64,000 nt of DNA, taken from contig NC_042999.1 in assembly GCF_006345805.1 (NCBI RefSeq), forward strand, positions 21,638,001 through 21,702,000, in the 5' to 3' direction. Source of the DNA: Octopus sinensis. Its lineage: Eukaryota. The notes under the pieces were generated by a model. It made no database searches. It saw only the letters and a list, made by a program, of their open reading frames with translations, and was not told the DNA's origin. The first letter of the stretch is position 1, and each line of letters opens with the position of its first letter. The translations under genes and the position numbers were made by a program. Below are positions 24,421 to 37,408 of the stretch, piece by piece.

Positions 24421-25112
24421 CCTGGTGCCAAAATTTGAATTCATTATTACTGGCAAATCTGCTCAGATATTATCATTTTCATCACAGGTACCGATTGGAT
24501 ATTCTGAATATGGACATTGACAGATATCATCGGCACATCTAGATCGTATGTACTGCTAGAGTTGACGTAGCCAACTCCCACGTCACTGCTAATTTATAGC
24601 CTTGTATCAATAGAGAGATGATTATAGTTATTACTGTTTAGTGAGCAAGAAATGCATGCTTTCAAAGTGACGCTGGTGTATGAATATACGAAGCTAATAT
24701 CCCATCATTACAACCCATCTGGTAATGGTACGCCTGGCATATGCATCACAACCATATGATCGCGACATACTGATCTCTTATGAACACTAACAAGGCATGA
24801 CCTTGCCAGTGGGGCAAGGAATTTTTTTCATGTCATGTAACTCATCCTTATCAAAACGTCCCTGAATAAAGTTTAACGATCATAAACGAAACACCCATGT
24901 TTCCAGAGGTAACTTATTCAAACCCCAATAAATTCCTTTCAACATAGTTACAGTGCTCCCCTGCTACTCCTACTAGTGATCAGAGATGAACATATTGTCA
25001 GCCATTAAGAGACATTCCCAATAATTGTTATTTCTGTTTTTCACAGACTTTCGAATATTCTCTTCATATTTCTCAGTAATTTTGATTTCTATGGTGTCAA
25101 CTTTGTCATCAT

Positions 25113-25291
25113 AGGCGTAGGAGTGTCTGTATGGTAAGTAGCTTGCTAACGAACCGCATGGTTCCTGGTTCAGTCCCAATTCGTGGAACCTTGCGCAAGT
25201 GTCTTCTACAATCGCCTCGGGCCGACCAAAGCCTTGTGAGTGGATTTGGTAGGCGAAGACTGAAAGAAGCCCGTGTATATATGTATGTTAT

Positions 25292-25322
<31 letters not shown>

Positions 25323-25357
25323 TATATATTATATATGTATGTATGTGTATATATATG

Positions 25358-25432
<75 letters not shown>

Positions 25433-25650
25433 GTATAAATGTTTGCGTGTCTGTGTTTGTCCACCCAACATCGCTTGACAACCGATGCTGGTGTGTTTAC
25501 GTCCCCGTAATTTAGCGGTTCGGCGAAAAAGAATGATAGAATAAGTACTAGGGTTACAAAGAAAAAAGTCCTGGGGTTGATTTGATCTACTAAAAGTGGT
25601 GCACCAGCATGGCCAGTCAAATTATTGAAACAACTAAAAGAGTAAAGAGA
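25113..25650 (+). mobile_element. SINE family B
   Basis: As above. Confidence 0.85.
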
Positions 25651-26228
25651 GATAGGAAATTGCAAAGCCTACGATCTTCCAGTGTTTATTTTATCCTCTA
25701 CAATGATATCTGGTCATCATGTGTCACTACCTTGGACAACCTTTATGAGAAAGTCCCATACGTCACCTTAATTCTTGTTCTTAGATTCTGTTTCCTCTCG
25801 CTGTCCCCTGTTTGCTCCAAGAGAAACCTCTAAATATAATCAATCAAGGAAACCCACAGATGAAGGATGACAACCGAATCACCAGCCCTTTTCCAGTGTT
25901 GCTCTCCAAACTAATCTAAAATTACACCAATAGATTTGTGAGCAACAGTTGGGAGCAGACACGTTCTTTTCATGGTCATGGTAATTCTAAATGCCTTTCC
26001 TTCATTGGTCCTTGATGGGATCTCCAGTATGAGGAAAGCTGAATCAGTCATGTTATTATTTTATTGCATTTTATATTTTTTTCCCTTCATTCTCTTCATC
26101 TTCTATGTCAATCCCCAAGCAAATTGTTAACTTTCTTTGTGATGTCGCCCTCATCATGTCAATGCGTCTAATAAAAGACAACTCCATCATCATCACATCA
26201 TTATTATTATTATTACTATTATTATTGA

Positions 26229-26763
26229 GTGAGAGAGCAGTGCATGCCATCAAAGTGGCACTGGGGTAAAATATACGAAGCCCACTATACCCATCACGAC
26301 TACCGTCTGATAAGGGTACACCAGGCACATGCATCACAACCATATGTGCGCGACATGGTGACCTCATATCAAGATAAACAGCACATGACCTTGCAGGTGG
26401 GGAACCCAATTAGAATTTTCTTCAGGTTGAGTAGCCATCCCGCTCAAACGGTCCCTGAATAAGGGTTGTTTAAGGATGTTGAAAAAACCACCCATGTTTC
26501 CAGAGGTGAATTATTCAAACCCCAAAGAATCCCTCTCAACACATGGCTATGATGCTCCCCCACTACTTCTGCTCGTGATCAGAGATGTACATATAGTCAG
26601 CCACTAAGGGACATGCTCAACCGGTTAAGGTCAAACAACTGACAAGCAAATCTGTGGTATTGAGCAGAATATTTGCTGTAGCCCATCTCTTATACAAAGA
26701 CAAAACAATGTACATGATAACACTTCCAATCAGTTAAAATCAGAAGCCATGAGAGCCACTGCC

Positions 26764-26765
<2 letters not shown>
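26229..26765 (-). repeat. About 500-bp interspersed repeat with (AAT)n tail (also 24640-25012, 33445-33830, 59080-59975, short pieces at 28895 and 35778)
   Basis: Multi-copy CATGCCATCAAAGTG...GGTCCCTGAATAAGGG...GAGCAGAATATTTGCTG; probably a retroposon 3' end. Confidence 0.6.
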
Positions 26766-26841
<76 letters not shown>

Positions 26842-26969
26842 ATAGTTATAATTTTATAGTGTGATTCCACTTCACCACCGAGCGCAGTTCTGTTTGCCTT
26901 GGGTATGTGCTGCGGGTTGTTGTGATGCTCTTATGGACTCAGTGAAGTCTATTCACTGATTATCAAAAT

Positions 26970-27453
26970 AAGAAATATTGAATTTCTAAATCTCTCGTAG
27001 AGAGATGTACGGTGGTGGGGCGATAGAATGGTTGTATACTGTCAATCTAACAAGAACGTGACAGTAGGGGGTACACCACCGTTGTATAGCCCTTTAGAAA
27101 TTCAATATTTCTTTTCACTGAGTTTACATATATACAGATACGAAGTCCAGACAAATATCACCAGCCGACCGGTGTCTGCTACTCTAGGCCGATGAAGGAC
27201 AATGATCCTGAAACACGGTGTCCCTAGATGCAGTTCCGGCGATTGGGGTGTTTGTCTCCCCTTCGTATGTGTATATAAGGACACAGGAAAAAAATGTGTT
27301 GAAGCTGTCAGGAGGCGTTCGATGCCTCCTAGGGCTATACAACGGTGGTGTACCCGCTACTGTCATGTTCTTGTTAGATTGACAGTATACAACCATTCTA
27401 TCGCCCTACCACCGTACATCTCTCTACGAGAGATTTAGAAATTCAAATTTCTT
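26970..27453 (+). mobile_element. Fold-back PLE-derived element with internal hammerhead
   Basis: About 123-bp near-perfect inverted arms at 26970-27093 and 27331-27453. Confidence 0.65.
27184..27227 (+). ncRNA. Type I hammerhead motif with CCGAUGA core inside a fold-back element
   Basis: CUAGG CCGAUGA AGGA caauga UCCU GAA ACA CGG UGU C CCUAG: all three stems pair; GUC triplet. Confidence 0.65.
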
Positions 27454-27482
27454 ATATATATATAGGAAAGTAGGGAGAAGGA

Positions 27483-27563
<81 letters not shown>

Positions 27564-27819
27564 ATACATATATATAGAATTAATGTAGGCTGAAATTTTT
27601 TCGAAAAAAATTTTAACAATGCCCAGCATATTAAAAAATACCTTTAAAGGTTAATTTTATAAACAACTTATGATAAGGGCAAAGAAAAAATTTCTAATAC
27701 CAAATATGCCAAAATTAGACACCCATGGATATATTTGGGGTACTTAATTGTGCTCAGAACTTAGTGTTTGGTTCTTCCATGGGTATGAGTGAGTATGTCA
27801 TTTATTTCTTTGCAACATT

Positions 27820-27872
27820 TATCACAGACGAAGGGAGTGTTCCTACGAACTAACCTTGAAATCGGTCCGATA
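27820..27872 (+). ncRNA. Degenerate duplicate of the 34656 hammerhead (core CAGACGA)
   Basis: Paralog within the segmental duplication; core U4 changed to A. Confidence 0.4.
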
Positions 27873-28016
27873 TGGTAATAAAGGATTTTTTTAGAAATTT
27901 CTATCGACCTTCTTTGAGTAGCGTGTGGCTTGTGAAAAATTATATGGTTATGGACAGGGTGTCTAATTTCGGCATATTTGGCATTAGAAATACATATACA
28001 TACATATATATATATA

Positions 28017-28723
28017 TTGCTCTTACTCTGCGATAATATTCTCTCCTGATCCTTTCTTTCATCACTGAATGCCTTATTCCGTCCCCTTCAATTACCCCTA
28101 GGTACTTGTAGCACTCCGCTGGGTCTAATTCTTTTATGACATTCTGCTGGTCAAGGTTAACGTTAGATATTTCTGTCATTTTCTTTGATAAAGGTAGCTT
28201 TTGCACATTTATCGAGGCCAAATTGCATTCTGATGTCATCACTGAATTGTTTAACAATCTCTAGTAAGCCCTTGAGTTGTTGGACATTTTTTGCAAAGAG
28301 CTTTAACTCATACATATAAATGTTATCAACATTTTATATCCGTACTGCGCACCATTGAGCAATTTTGAGAGAGGTATTAAGGCTAAACAAAACAGGAGTG
28401 GTGATATTGAGTCACCCTGGAAAATGCCACATGAAAGTTTTACATTTCCTGCATTTAGAGATTCATTGACACTGTTCAAAGTTAGTGTGGGTCTCCATGA
28501 TCTCATACTTACAGTCAAGAAGTTTCGCAGAGTAGGTGCTATCTTATACATTTCCGGCATTTCTTAATCTAGCTATGTGGTAGGCTATCAAAAGCCTTTT
28601 TATAGTCTATCCAGGTTATTGATAAGTTTTTGTATTGTTCATGACAATCTTCCAAGTTCATCTTATTGATGAGTAGTTACTTTTACAACCATAGGATCCA
28701 CGTTTACATTATTTTTTACATCC

Positions 28724-28724
<1 letters not shown>
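28017..28724 (-). mobile_element. R4/Dong-like non-LTR RT fragment
   Basis: GIFQGDSISPLLFCLALIPL, YKYLGVIEGDGI; abuts (ATT)n. Confidence 0.75.
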
Positions 28725-28784
<60 letters not shown>

Positions 28785-29075
28785 GTGTTGTTGTTGTTGT
28801 TATTATTATAATCATCATCATCGTCATCATCATTATTATTATTGTTATTAATATTATTATTATTATTGTTATTATTATTAAGATTATTATTGCGTTAGGG
28901 AGAAGTGCATGTCATCAAAGTGACATTGACATATAAATATACGAAGCCCAATATACGTATCATGGCTACCCGACTGATAAGATTTCATAGGAATTTTAGT
29001 ATCAGCAACGGTGTTTTTGTATTATGTATGTATGTATGTATGTATGTATGTATGTATGTATGTATGTATGTATGT

Positions 29076-29523
29076 ATTATTAGAATTGAAGATAGAAGAA
29101 TTCCTAAGCAGATGCTCTATGGAGAACTTGTGAATGGAAGGATACTCCGGCAGAAACCAAGGCTACGATTTAAGGACTGCGTCAAGTCCTCGTTAAAGTC
29201 TTTTGAAATACAGGACACTGACTGGAAGGACAATGCCTGTCATTGCCACATATGGAGGAAGCAGGTTAAGGAGGGGATCGACACTTTTGAGAGAGCACGT
29301 GTCCAGCATGAAGAACTTAAGCGAACTGCGCGAAAGCGAACGGCTGATATAGTGAATGGGGAAAGCTTGGTCTGCAATGTGTGCAGTCGTGTATGCTTGT
29401 CAAGAGCAGGGCTCATTAGCCACCAACGGAGCCGCAAATGCAAAATATAAGTTAGTCCTAGAGCGCACAATGTTCCTGAAGGTCGACAATGGTCATCCTC
29501 TGTCACGAGTGTACGGCCTTCAT
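29076..29523 (+). mobile_element. RTE-clade LINE 3' end with (TGTA)n tail
   Basis: RIPKQMLYGEL...KPRLRFKDCVK and C-terminal CNVCSRVCLSRAGLISHQR zinc finger. Confidence 0.85.
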
Positions 29524-30177
29524 GTATGTATGTATGTATGCATGTATGTATGTATGTATGTATATATGTATGTATGTATGTATGTGTGTGTATGTATGTG
29601 TGTATGTATGTATGTACCTATGCGTGTATGTATGTATGTCATTATTCTGTTTTATTTCGATATTTCTTACTAATAAAAAAAAGAACTGGTTTCTAACCGA
29701 GATCCTAGACTCCTTCATTGGTATTTCAATATCAACACCTGTATTTTTGTATGTATGTATGTATGTATGTTTGTGTGTATGTATGTATGTATGTATGTAT
29801 GTATGTATGTATGTATGTATGTATGTATGTATGTATGTATGTATGAATGAATTATGTACGTATGTATGCATGCATTATGTGTGTAAAAGGACTAGCTGGT
29901 ATAGAGATAATTAAAACGTAACATGCTTAATTTTTACAAATTATATTATACAGTGAATTTAAAAATGTATACACAAATTAATATATATATATATATATTA
30001 TCAGAGTATGAAATTTGTCAAAAAACAATCAGAGAGTAATTATACATAAAGTATTCAAATATAAAGACTCTTTTGTAGATTTGTATCAGTTATTTATTTA
30101 TGGATACATTAGCAACAGCTTTACTTCTCCTGTGTAATAGTTTGTCTCCTTTGAAACTAACGCTCTACCATTTAGCT

Positions 30178-32241
30178 CTAAATCTCGTTGTCGATATCAT
30201 TTGCGTTCAGCCGTCCTATAAAACGTTCCCAAAACATTCCTTCATATTGAGTTTCATTCGGCCATTCAAGGTACGTTTTCTGTTTCAGTAAAATTCCAAG
30301 CCGATTAGTCTGTAAATTCGACGGAATTTCATTTAACAAAACAGGAATGATAATATCGTAGTGCTCTTCTAAGATCTTTTGCTGGGCAATACTTGCTTCA
30401 AACTGGCACCAGCTACTCTGAGCAAAATCATTTGACAACACTAAAACAACCTTACGGCTTTGTTGCATGCTTTCTACGATATTATCAACAATATCGTTTC
30501 CAACCAAAAAGTCCCTGTCATGCAAACATAAATTGAAATGGTTTTCTTCTTCTATAATGGGTAAAAGTTTATTCAGAACCCAGTTGACGTCAGTGCTGCA
30601 ATAACATATAAACGCATCGTACTTATATTGGCCATTATTAACGAGCGCTTTGTATTTTCTCTTTCTTACTAATGATTGGTAAATACAGAGGCGAATCGAC
30701 CATCGTTTTATATATGATAATATTGCTGTAAATACAAACATCACTGACAGCACAGCTACAATCACTCCAGCAACGGCGATAGAAGATGGTTTGTTTATAT
30801 TTTCACAGTAATCCCAGCTTAGAGAAAAATTTCGCAAATGAACGTGACCAAGTGAGTTGGGACTGAAGCAACGATAATATTTGTAATTCTTCAATCGCCC
30901 TGCATTTCTCCGTGACCAGTCTCGAAACCATAGTGTTTTGCAGTCACAAACGAACGGGTTGTTTAAGAGATTAATCTTCAGTTTCTCGTTGCTGAATAGT
31001 AAATGTGAAAATAATTCTTGATTAACGTAGATAATTTTATTGTGCTCTAAGTCAAGTTTACGCAATACTCTCATAGCTGAGCAATTCGCTTTGTTCCATT
31101 TGCTAACATCTGTGTGAGAAATGGTAAGTTCTCTAAGCTTATTCATATTACAAATCGCATCTGGAACTTTGCTAACCTGCCCATCAGTAATCTGCAGATT
31201 TTCCAGTTTAGTCAGTGGCTTAAGTAAATCGTTGGCGTTTATGTTACTGACATTTCTCAGAATCAAATTTCTTAGCTGTGTGCACGACTTTAATAACGAA
31301 GACGTTTTGCCTTCGTTAACATCAACATGAATGTTAATTAGCTCCACTGACTCCAATAATTTGAGTTTGAAGACGTTTCGCTCAAATCTTAATCTAGTGT
31401 GCTTAAGAGATACTAAACTTACTGCTCGTAGACATTTCAAATTCTGGAAAACATCCGATTTGAATAAAATGATATGACCAACAAAGATACCCAGTGTATG
31501 TAGACGGTCTAATCCTTTGAAAAAATTGCTGTTTAGGTAAGTAAGTCCTGATAAACCTAAAAACAGCTCTTTAAGTTTTGGGTAAAATATAAATCCTGAT
31601 TCGTTTCTAAATTTTGGCAAAGTTGAAATTTCGTTATGATAGAAATCTAGATAAGTCAAATTAGGAAGATATCCCCAGTCGGTAACTGTGGTAATACCGT
31701 CTCTTTGAAGAACAAGTCTATCTAATCGATCTATACCTGTGAAATAGTTGCCATCAAAACGTAACATAGTAGATTTCTCTATGTAAATAATTGAAATGTT
31801 AGTTCCTCTGAGACCATCAAATATATCTTTATTCATATTTTCCAGTTGCATATCAGCTAATATTAATTTTTTTGTAGTCAGTGGTAAACCAAACAGCACA
31901 TTTCGTAATTCTGGAAGGGGCAAATGAACAGTAATAAGTTCAAATTCTTGTATATACTTCAAAGACTTAAATACATCATTAGTAGATGTCTTAAGCCAGG
32001 TGGTTTTAATTAACAAATGTTCTAGTAAGGGCAGTTCTGTCAAATTTTGAAAGATTTGGTTGTCCCAATTGTCAATTTTTAGGTCTGTGAATGTTACAGA
32101 TGTAGTGAAATTTGGTAAAGTTGGAACAAAATGGCTACCATCACATAAGTATCTATTTTTTCTGAAAACGTGACATTCTTTCACTTTACTACATGAAACA
32201 TGAAATATCAGGAGGAGTACGCTTAGAGACAAAGACTTCAT
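30178..32241 (-). CDS. Toll-like receptor paralog 2, 687 aa
   Basis: Same architecture, colinear with paralog 1 without indels; TIR differs from paralog 1 at 5 of 147 residues by eye. Confidence 0.97.
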   Translation of the reverse strand: MKSLSLSVLLLIFHVSCSKVKECHVFRKNRYLCDGSHFVPTLPNFTTSVTFTDLKIDNWDNQIFQNLTELPLLEHLLIKTTWLKTSTNDVFKSLKYIQEFELITVHLPLPELRNVLFGLPLTTKKLILADMQLENMNKDIFDGLRGTNISIIYIEKSTMLRFDGNYFTGIDRLDRLVLQRDGITTVTDWGYLPNLTYLDFYHNEISTLPKFRNESGFIFYPKLKELFLGLSGLTYLNSNFFKGLDRLHTLGIFVGHIILFKSDVFQNLKCLRAVSLVSLKHTRLRFERNVFKLKLLESVELINIHVDVNEGKTSSLLKSCTQLRNLILRNVSNINANDLLKPLTKLENLQITDGQVSKVPDAICNMNKLRELTISHTDVSKWNKANCSAMRVLRKLDLEHNKIIYVNQELFSHLLFSNEKLKINLLNNPFVCDCKTLWFRDWSRRNAGRLKNYKYYRCFSPNSLGHVHLRNFSLSWDYCENINKPSSIAVAGVIVAVLSVMFVFTAILSYIKRWSIRLCIYQSLVRKRKYKALVNNGQYKYDAFICYCSTDVNWVLNKLLPIIEEENHFNLCLHDRDFLVGNDIVDNIVESMQQSRKVVLVLSNDFAQSSWCQFEASIAQQKILEEHYDIIIPVLLNEIPSNLQTNRLGILLKQKTYLEWPNETQYEGMFWERFIGRLNANDIDNEI

Positions 32242-32571
32242 TGTGCAGAAATTTAGTTACGAATTTGGATGGGTTCATCTACAAAGCTTCATTCTATTCA
32301 GGTCGTCAGCATTTCATCCATACCTGAAATAGTTCAAAAGAGACACTACATTTAATATTACAAACAAAAGAATTTATATTACAAAATACTAAAACTAAAT
32401 CACATTCGGACAACGTAGCATGAAATAAACATATATTAGTGAATCGTAAAAGGTAAAATATTTAGTATATAATATGTCAAATTTTAAATTCAGCAATATG
32501 CTTCTTGCTCTAGATCTAGAAGGGAAGAAATTATTGTCGATTATTCCAAATCTATTGATAATAAACACCAC

Positions 32572-32671
32572 NNNNNNNNNNNNNNNNNNNNNNNNNNNNN
32601 NNNNNNNNNNNNNNNNNNNNNNNNNNNNNNNNNNNNNNNNNNNNNNNNNNNNNNNNNNNNNNNNNNNNNNN
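32572..32671. other. Assembly gap (100 N, probably a placeholder)
   Basis: Run of exactly 100 N; cuts the paralog 2 upstream flank 330 nt after the ATG. Confidence 0.99.
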
Positions 32672-32706
<35 letters not shown>

Positions 32707-34026
32707 ACATACAGTTGCATATTTATGTATGTATATCATTCAGTTTATTTCAAGATTTCTTGCCAATGGAGAAAAAGCCAGTTCTTAACTTATGATCAAG
32801 GCTCCTTTATTGGAATTTCTACGTCAACAGGCTATTATTGTCTGTATGTACATACGTATGTATGTATATATGTATGTATGTATGTATGTATATATGTATG
32901 TGTGTGTGTATGTATGTATGTATGTATGCATGTATGTATGTATGTATGTATGTATGTATGTATGTATGTATGTATGTATGTATGTATGTATGTATGTATG
33001 CATGTATGTATTACGTAGCCATACGTGCCTGCGCGCATAGGTACACCAGGTCATCCTTTCAGGTTCGATAAGTAAAGTACCAGTTTCGCACTGGGGTTCA
33101 TATAATCGAATTAAACCCTTTGTATGTCCTTGTTTGTCCCCTATATGTTTAGCTCCTTGTGGGCAGTAAAGAAATATATACGCATGCAGACGACGGTCGA
33201 TATATATGAAAAAGAAATTGTACAAAATTATATGACCATTTGCTTTTCCGGAAATTTGTAATTTGTTATTAAAGATAATCTAACTAAATGTTCATTTTGA
33301 GTGACTCCCCTGTGAGTACTTCTGCTAAACGTAGTTTAAATCCGTTCAGCCGTTTTCCATTAATTTTGCAAACACACGGACAACAAAGACGAGTGATTAC
33401 AATACCCTGATTTCTTCGCTTATGTACGGAGGGCAATAAACAGACTAAGACCTTGCAGGTGGGACACAGTTAGAACTTTCTTCAGCACGCATAGCCTTTC
33501 TCGCTTAAAAGGTCCCTGAATAAATGTTGTTTAAGGGTGAAGAACGAAACACCCATCTTTCCAGAGGTGAATTATTCAAATGCCAACGAATTTCTTTCAA
33601 CCCATAGCTATTATGCTGCCCCACTACTCCCGCTCGGGATTAGAGATGCGCATATCGTCAACCACCGATAAACATGCTCCACTGATGAAGATCAAAGAAG
33701 TGACAAATAAATCTTTGGTATTGAGCAGAATATTTGCTGTGGCCAATCTCTTACACCAAGACAAGATATGTACATGATAAAACAACCAATCAATTAAGAT
33801 GTGAAGCCGTAAGAGCCAAATGCTTGGTATTACCTTAGGGCGGAGAGCTAGCTAAATTGTTAGCACTGCGGACAAAATACTCAACTGCATTTTTCCGCCT
33901 TTACGTTCTGGATTCAAAATACGTGAAGGCTGGCGATTACGTTCGTCACTTTGTTTACGATGAAATAAATACTCTGAAATAAATAAGTACTCTGATGATA
34001 AATAAATATATATGTACATATATATA

Positions 34027-34088
<62 letters not shown>

Positions 34089-34375
34089 CAGTAAAAGTTG
34101 AAATCATTCATGATGTTATGAGGTAGTAGACACGAAAATATAAAAAAAATTACATTTGTAGGTAATTTGTAGGTAAATTCTATATAAGAATTATATACAG
34201 AGTTATATGTATGTTTATACATATAAAGGTATTTTCTTGTTTGGATTAACTTTATATATATATATATATATAAAGTTAATCCAAACAAGAAAATAAAAAC
34301 CAAAAACACAACAACGCAAGGACGTGGAACAAATAAAGTATTATTGGACTCTCAGGAAAGAAGGGAAGAAGGAGG

Positions 34376-34406
<31 letters not shown>

Positions 34407-34409
34407 TAT

Positions 34410-34826
34410 AGAATTAATGTAAGGTGAAATTGTTTCGAAAAAAAATTTTAACAATGGCCAATATATTAAAAAATACCTTTAAAGGTTAAATTTATAAACA
34501 ACTTATAATAAGGGCAAACGAAAAAATTTCTAATACCAAATATGCCCAAATTAGACACACATGGATATATTTGGGGTACTTAATTGTGCTCAGAACTTAG
34601 TGTTTGGTTCTTCCATGGGTATGAGTAAGTATCTCATTTATTTCTTTGCCACATTTATCACTGACGAAGGGAGGGTTCTTACGAACTAACCCTGAAATCG
34701 GTCCGATATGGTAATAAAGGAAGTTTTTAGAAATATCTATCGACCTTTTTTGAGTAGCGTGCGGCTTGTGAAAAATCATATGGTTATGGACAGGGTGTCT
34801 AATTTCGGCATATTTGGAATTAGAAA
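34410..34826 (+). mobile_element. PLE remnant with inverted ends (duplicate at 27580-27990)
   Basis: 32-bp inverted repeats at 34527-34558 and 34795-34826 (30/32 match) enclosing a hammerhead motif. Confidence 0.45.
34656..34708 (+). ncRNA. Hammerhead motif in a PLE remnant
   Basis: UAUCA CUGACGA AGGG...GUUcuuacgAAC...CCCU GAA AUCGGU C CGAUA; one mismatch in stem I. Confidence 0.5.
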
Positions 34827-34870
34827 TACATATACATACATATATATATATATATATATACATATATATA

Positions 34871-35580
34871 TTGCTCTTACTCTGCGATAACATTCTCTCC
34901 TGATCTTTTCTTTCATCACTGAATGACTTATTCCGTCTCCTTCAATTACCCCGAGGTACTTGTAGCACTCCGCTGGGTCTAATTCTTTTATGACATTCTG
35001 CTGGTCAAGGTTAACGTTAGATATTTCTGTCATTTTTCCTTTGATAAAGGTAGCTTTTGCACATTTATCGACGCAAAAGTTCATTCTGATGTCATCACTG
35101 AATTGTTTAACAATCTCTAGTAAGCCCTGGAGTTGTTGGTAATTTTTTGCAAAGAGCTTAACTCATCCATATAAATGTTATCAAACATTTTGTATCCGTA
35201 CTACGCACCATTGTGCAATTTTGAGAGAGGTATTAAGGCTAAACAAAACAGGAGTGGTGATAGTGAGTCACCCTGGAAGATGCCACATGAAATTTTTACA
35301 TCACCAGCATTTAGAGATTCATTGCCACTGTTCAAAGTTAGTGTGGTTCTCCATGATCTCATACATACAGACAAAAAGTTTCGCAGAGTAGGTGCTATTT
35401 TATACATTTCCAGGCATTTCTTAATCCAGCTATGTGATAGGCTATCAAAAACCTTTTTATAGTCTGCCCAGGCTATTGATAAGTTTTTGTGTTGTTCATG
35501 ACAATCTTCCAAGTTCATCTTATTTATGAGTAGTTAATTTTACAACCATAGGATCCACGTCTACATTCTTTTTTACATCC

Positions 35581-35581
<1 letters not shown>
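34871..35581 (-). mobile_element. R4/Dong-like RT fragment (duplicate of 28017-28724)
   Basis: AWADYKKVFDSLSHSW, GIFQGDSLSPLLF, YKYLGV. Confidence 0.8.
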
Positions 35582-35618
<37 letters not shown>

Positions 35619-35954
35619 GTTGTTGTTGTTGTTGTTGTTGTTTTTGTTATTATCATCATCATCATCATCATCGTCATCGTCATCATCATTATTATTATTG
35701 TTGTTATTATTATTATTATTATCATTATTATTATTATTATTATTATTATTGATATTATTATTAAGATTATTATTGCGTTAGGGAGCAGTGCATGTCATCA
35801 AAGTGACATTGACATATAAATATACGAAGCCCAATATACGTATCATGGCTACCCGACTGATAAGATTTCGTAGGAATTTTAATATCAGCAACGGTGTTTT
35901 TGTATTATGTATGTATGTATGTATGTATGTATGTATGTATGTATGTATGTATGT

Positions 35955-36338
35955 ATTATTAGAATTGAAGATAGAAGGATTTCTAAGCAGATGCTCTATG
36001 GAGAACTTGTGAATGGAAGGATACTCCGGCAGAAACCAAGGCTACGATTTATTGTCATTGCCACATATGGAGGAAGCAGGTTAAGGAGGGAATCGACACT
36101 TTTGAGAGAGCACGTATCCAGCATGAAGAACTTAAGCGAACTGCGCGAAAGCGAACGGCTAATATAGTGAATGGGGAAAGCTTCTTCTGCAATGTTTGCT
36201 GTCGTGTATGCTTGTCAAGAGCAGGGCTCATTAGCCACCAACGGAGCCCCAAATGCAAAATATAAGTTAGTCTTAGAGCGCACAATGTTCCTGAAGGTCG
36301 GCAATGGTCTTCCTCGGTCACGAGTGGACGGCCATCAT
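35955..36338 (+). mobile_element. RTE 3' end duplicate with internal deletion
   Basis: Colinear with 29076-29523 but lacks about 66 nt. Confidence 0.85.
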
Positions 36339-36401
36339 GTATGTATGTATGTATGTATGTATGTATGTATGTATGTATGTATGTATGTATGTATGTATGT
36401 A

Positions 36402-37408
36402 TAACTTAGAAAGGTTTTAGCCAGTATTGGCCCAGGCCATGTCTAACTTAATAGCACCACTTGGCGATGTCTTTCAATTCAGGATTTGGGCACCAAGGCC
36501 CATTCGAGCAGAGAGTTATTGTTTGCGGAGACATATCCGGGTGTGGGTGGTTTGTCCGAGACTGTTTGAAGGAATTTGTCCAAAGACTTCTTGAATTTTG
36601 TGTGGTCAGTTTCTTTTTTGACGTGTCCTGGTGTAATGTTGAAGAGAGCGGGTCCAATTGAGGTGAAATAGTTGTGCTATATTGTCGTTATGTGATGCGA
36701 TTTAGATTTTAGTTGTGGACGGATGGCACGTGGTCCAAGCCTTGGATGTATTTTGAAGGTGATGCCAACATCATTCGGACAGTGCTGATGGAATATTTTC
36801 CACATTATACAGATAATGTAGCGTTCACGGCGTCGTTGGACTGAATACAGTTTCAGCTTCTCTAGTCTACCCCAGTAGTCAAGGTCTGGCATGCCATCTA
36901 TCTTTTTTGTGATTGTCCTTTGGGGAGCTTCAATTCTCATAATATTTTGTTTTGTGTAGGGAGACCACAGTGGACAGCAGTATTCAAGGTGGGGTCGGGC
37001 AAAAGTGGAGAAGAGAAGGATAATAGTGTGGGAATCTCTCGACTGGAAGGTTCTGAGAATCCAGGAACACATTCTGCGGGCCATGTCAACTTTGCTGCTT
37101 ATATGTGTAGCCCAGCTTATGTTGTTGTCCACTGTTACTCCCAAGTCTCTGATGTTGTTGGATGCCATGAGAATTTCTCCAGAAGGAAGAGAGTATGGGA
37201 GTTTCAGAGCATCCTCCCTTCCAAAGTGGATCAGTTCGAATTTGTCTTCATTTAGCAACATGTTATTCTTTTCCGCCCATTGGACAACAGCCAGTAGGTC
37301 TGACTTAAGGTTTATTCGGTCATCCACGCCATTGATGACCTTCTGGAGCTTGGAATCATCAGCGATGGTTCTGATGTTACTGTGTTTGATGGTGTCAGTA
37401 ATATCAAG
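36402..37408 (-). mobile_element. CR1-group LINE, 5' truncated, inserted in (TATG)n
   Basis: DDSKL, DLGVTVD, RPHLEYCCPLWSP, QRRRER; absent at the matching site near 29523. Confidence 0.9.

Larger units (their letters stand above)
27480..32571. repeat. Segmental duplication unit 2, paralogous to about 34360-40540
   Basis: Same order of PLE remnant, R4/Dong RT, (ATT)n, RTE tail, (TATG)n block and TLR. Confidence 0.9.
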
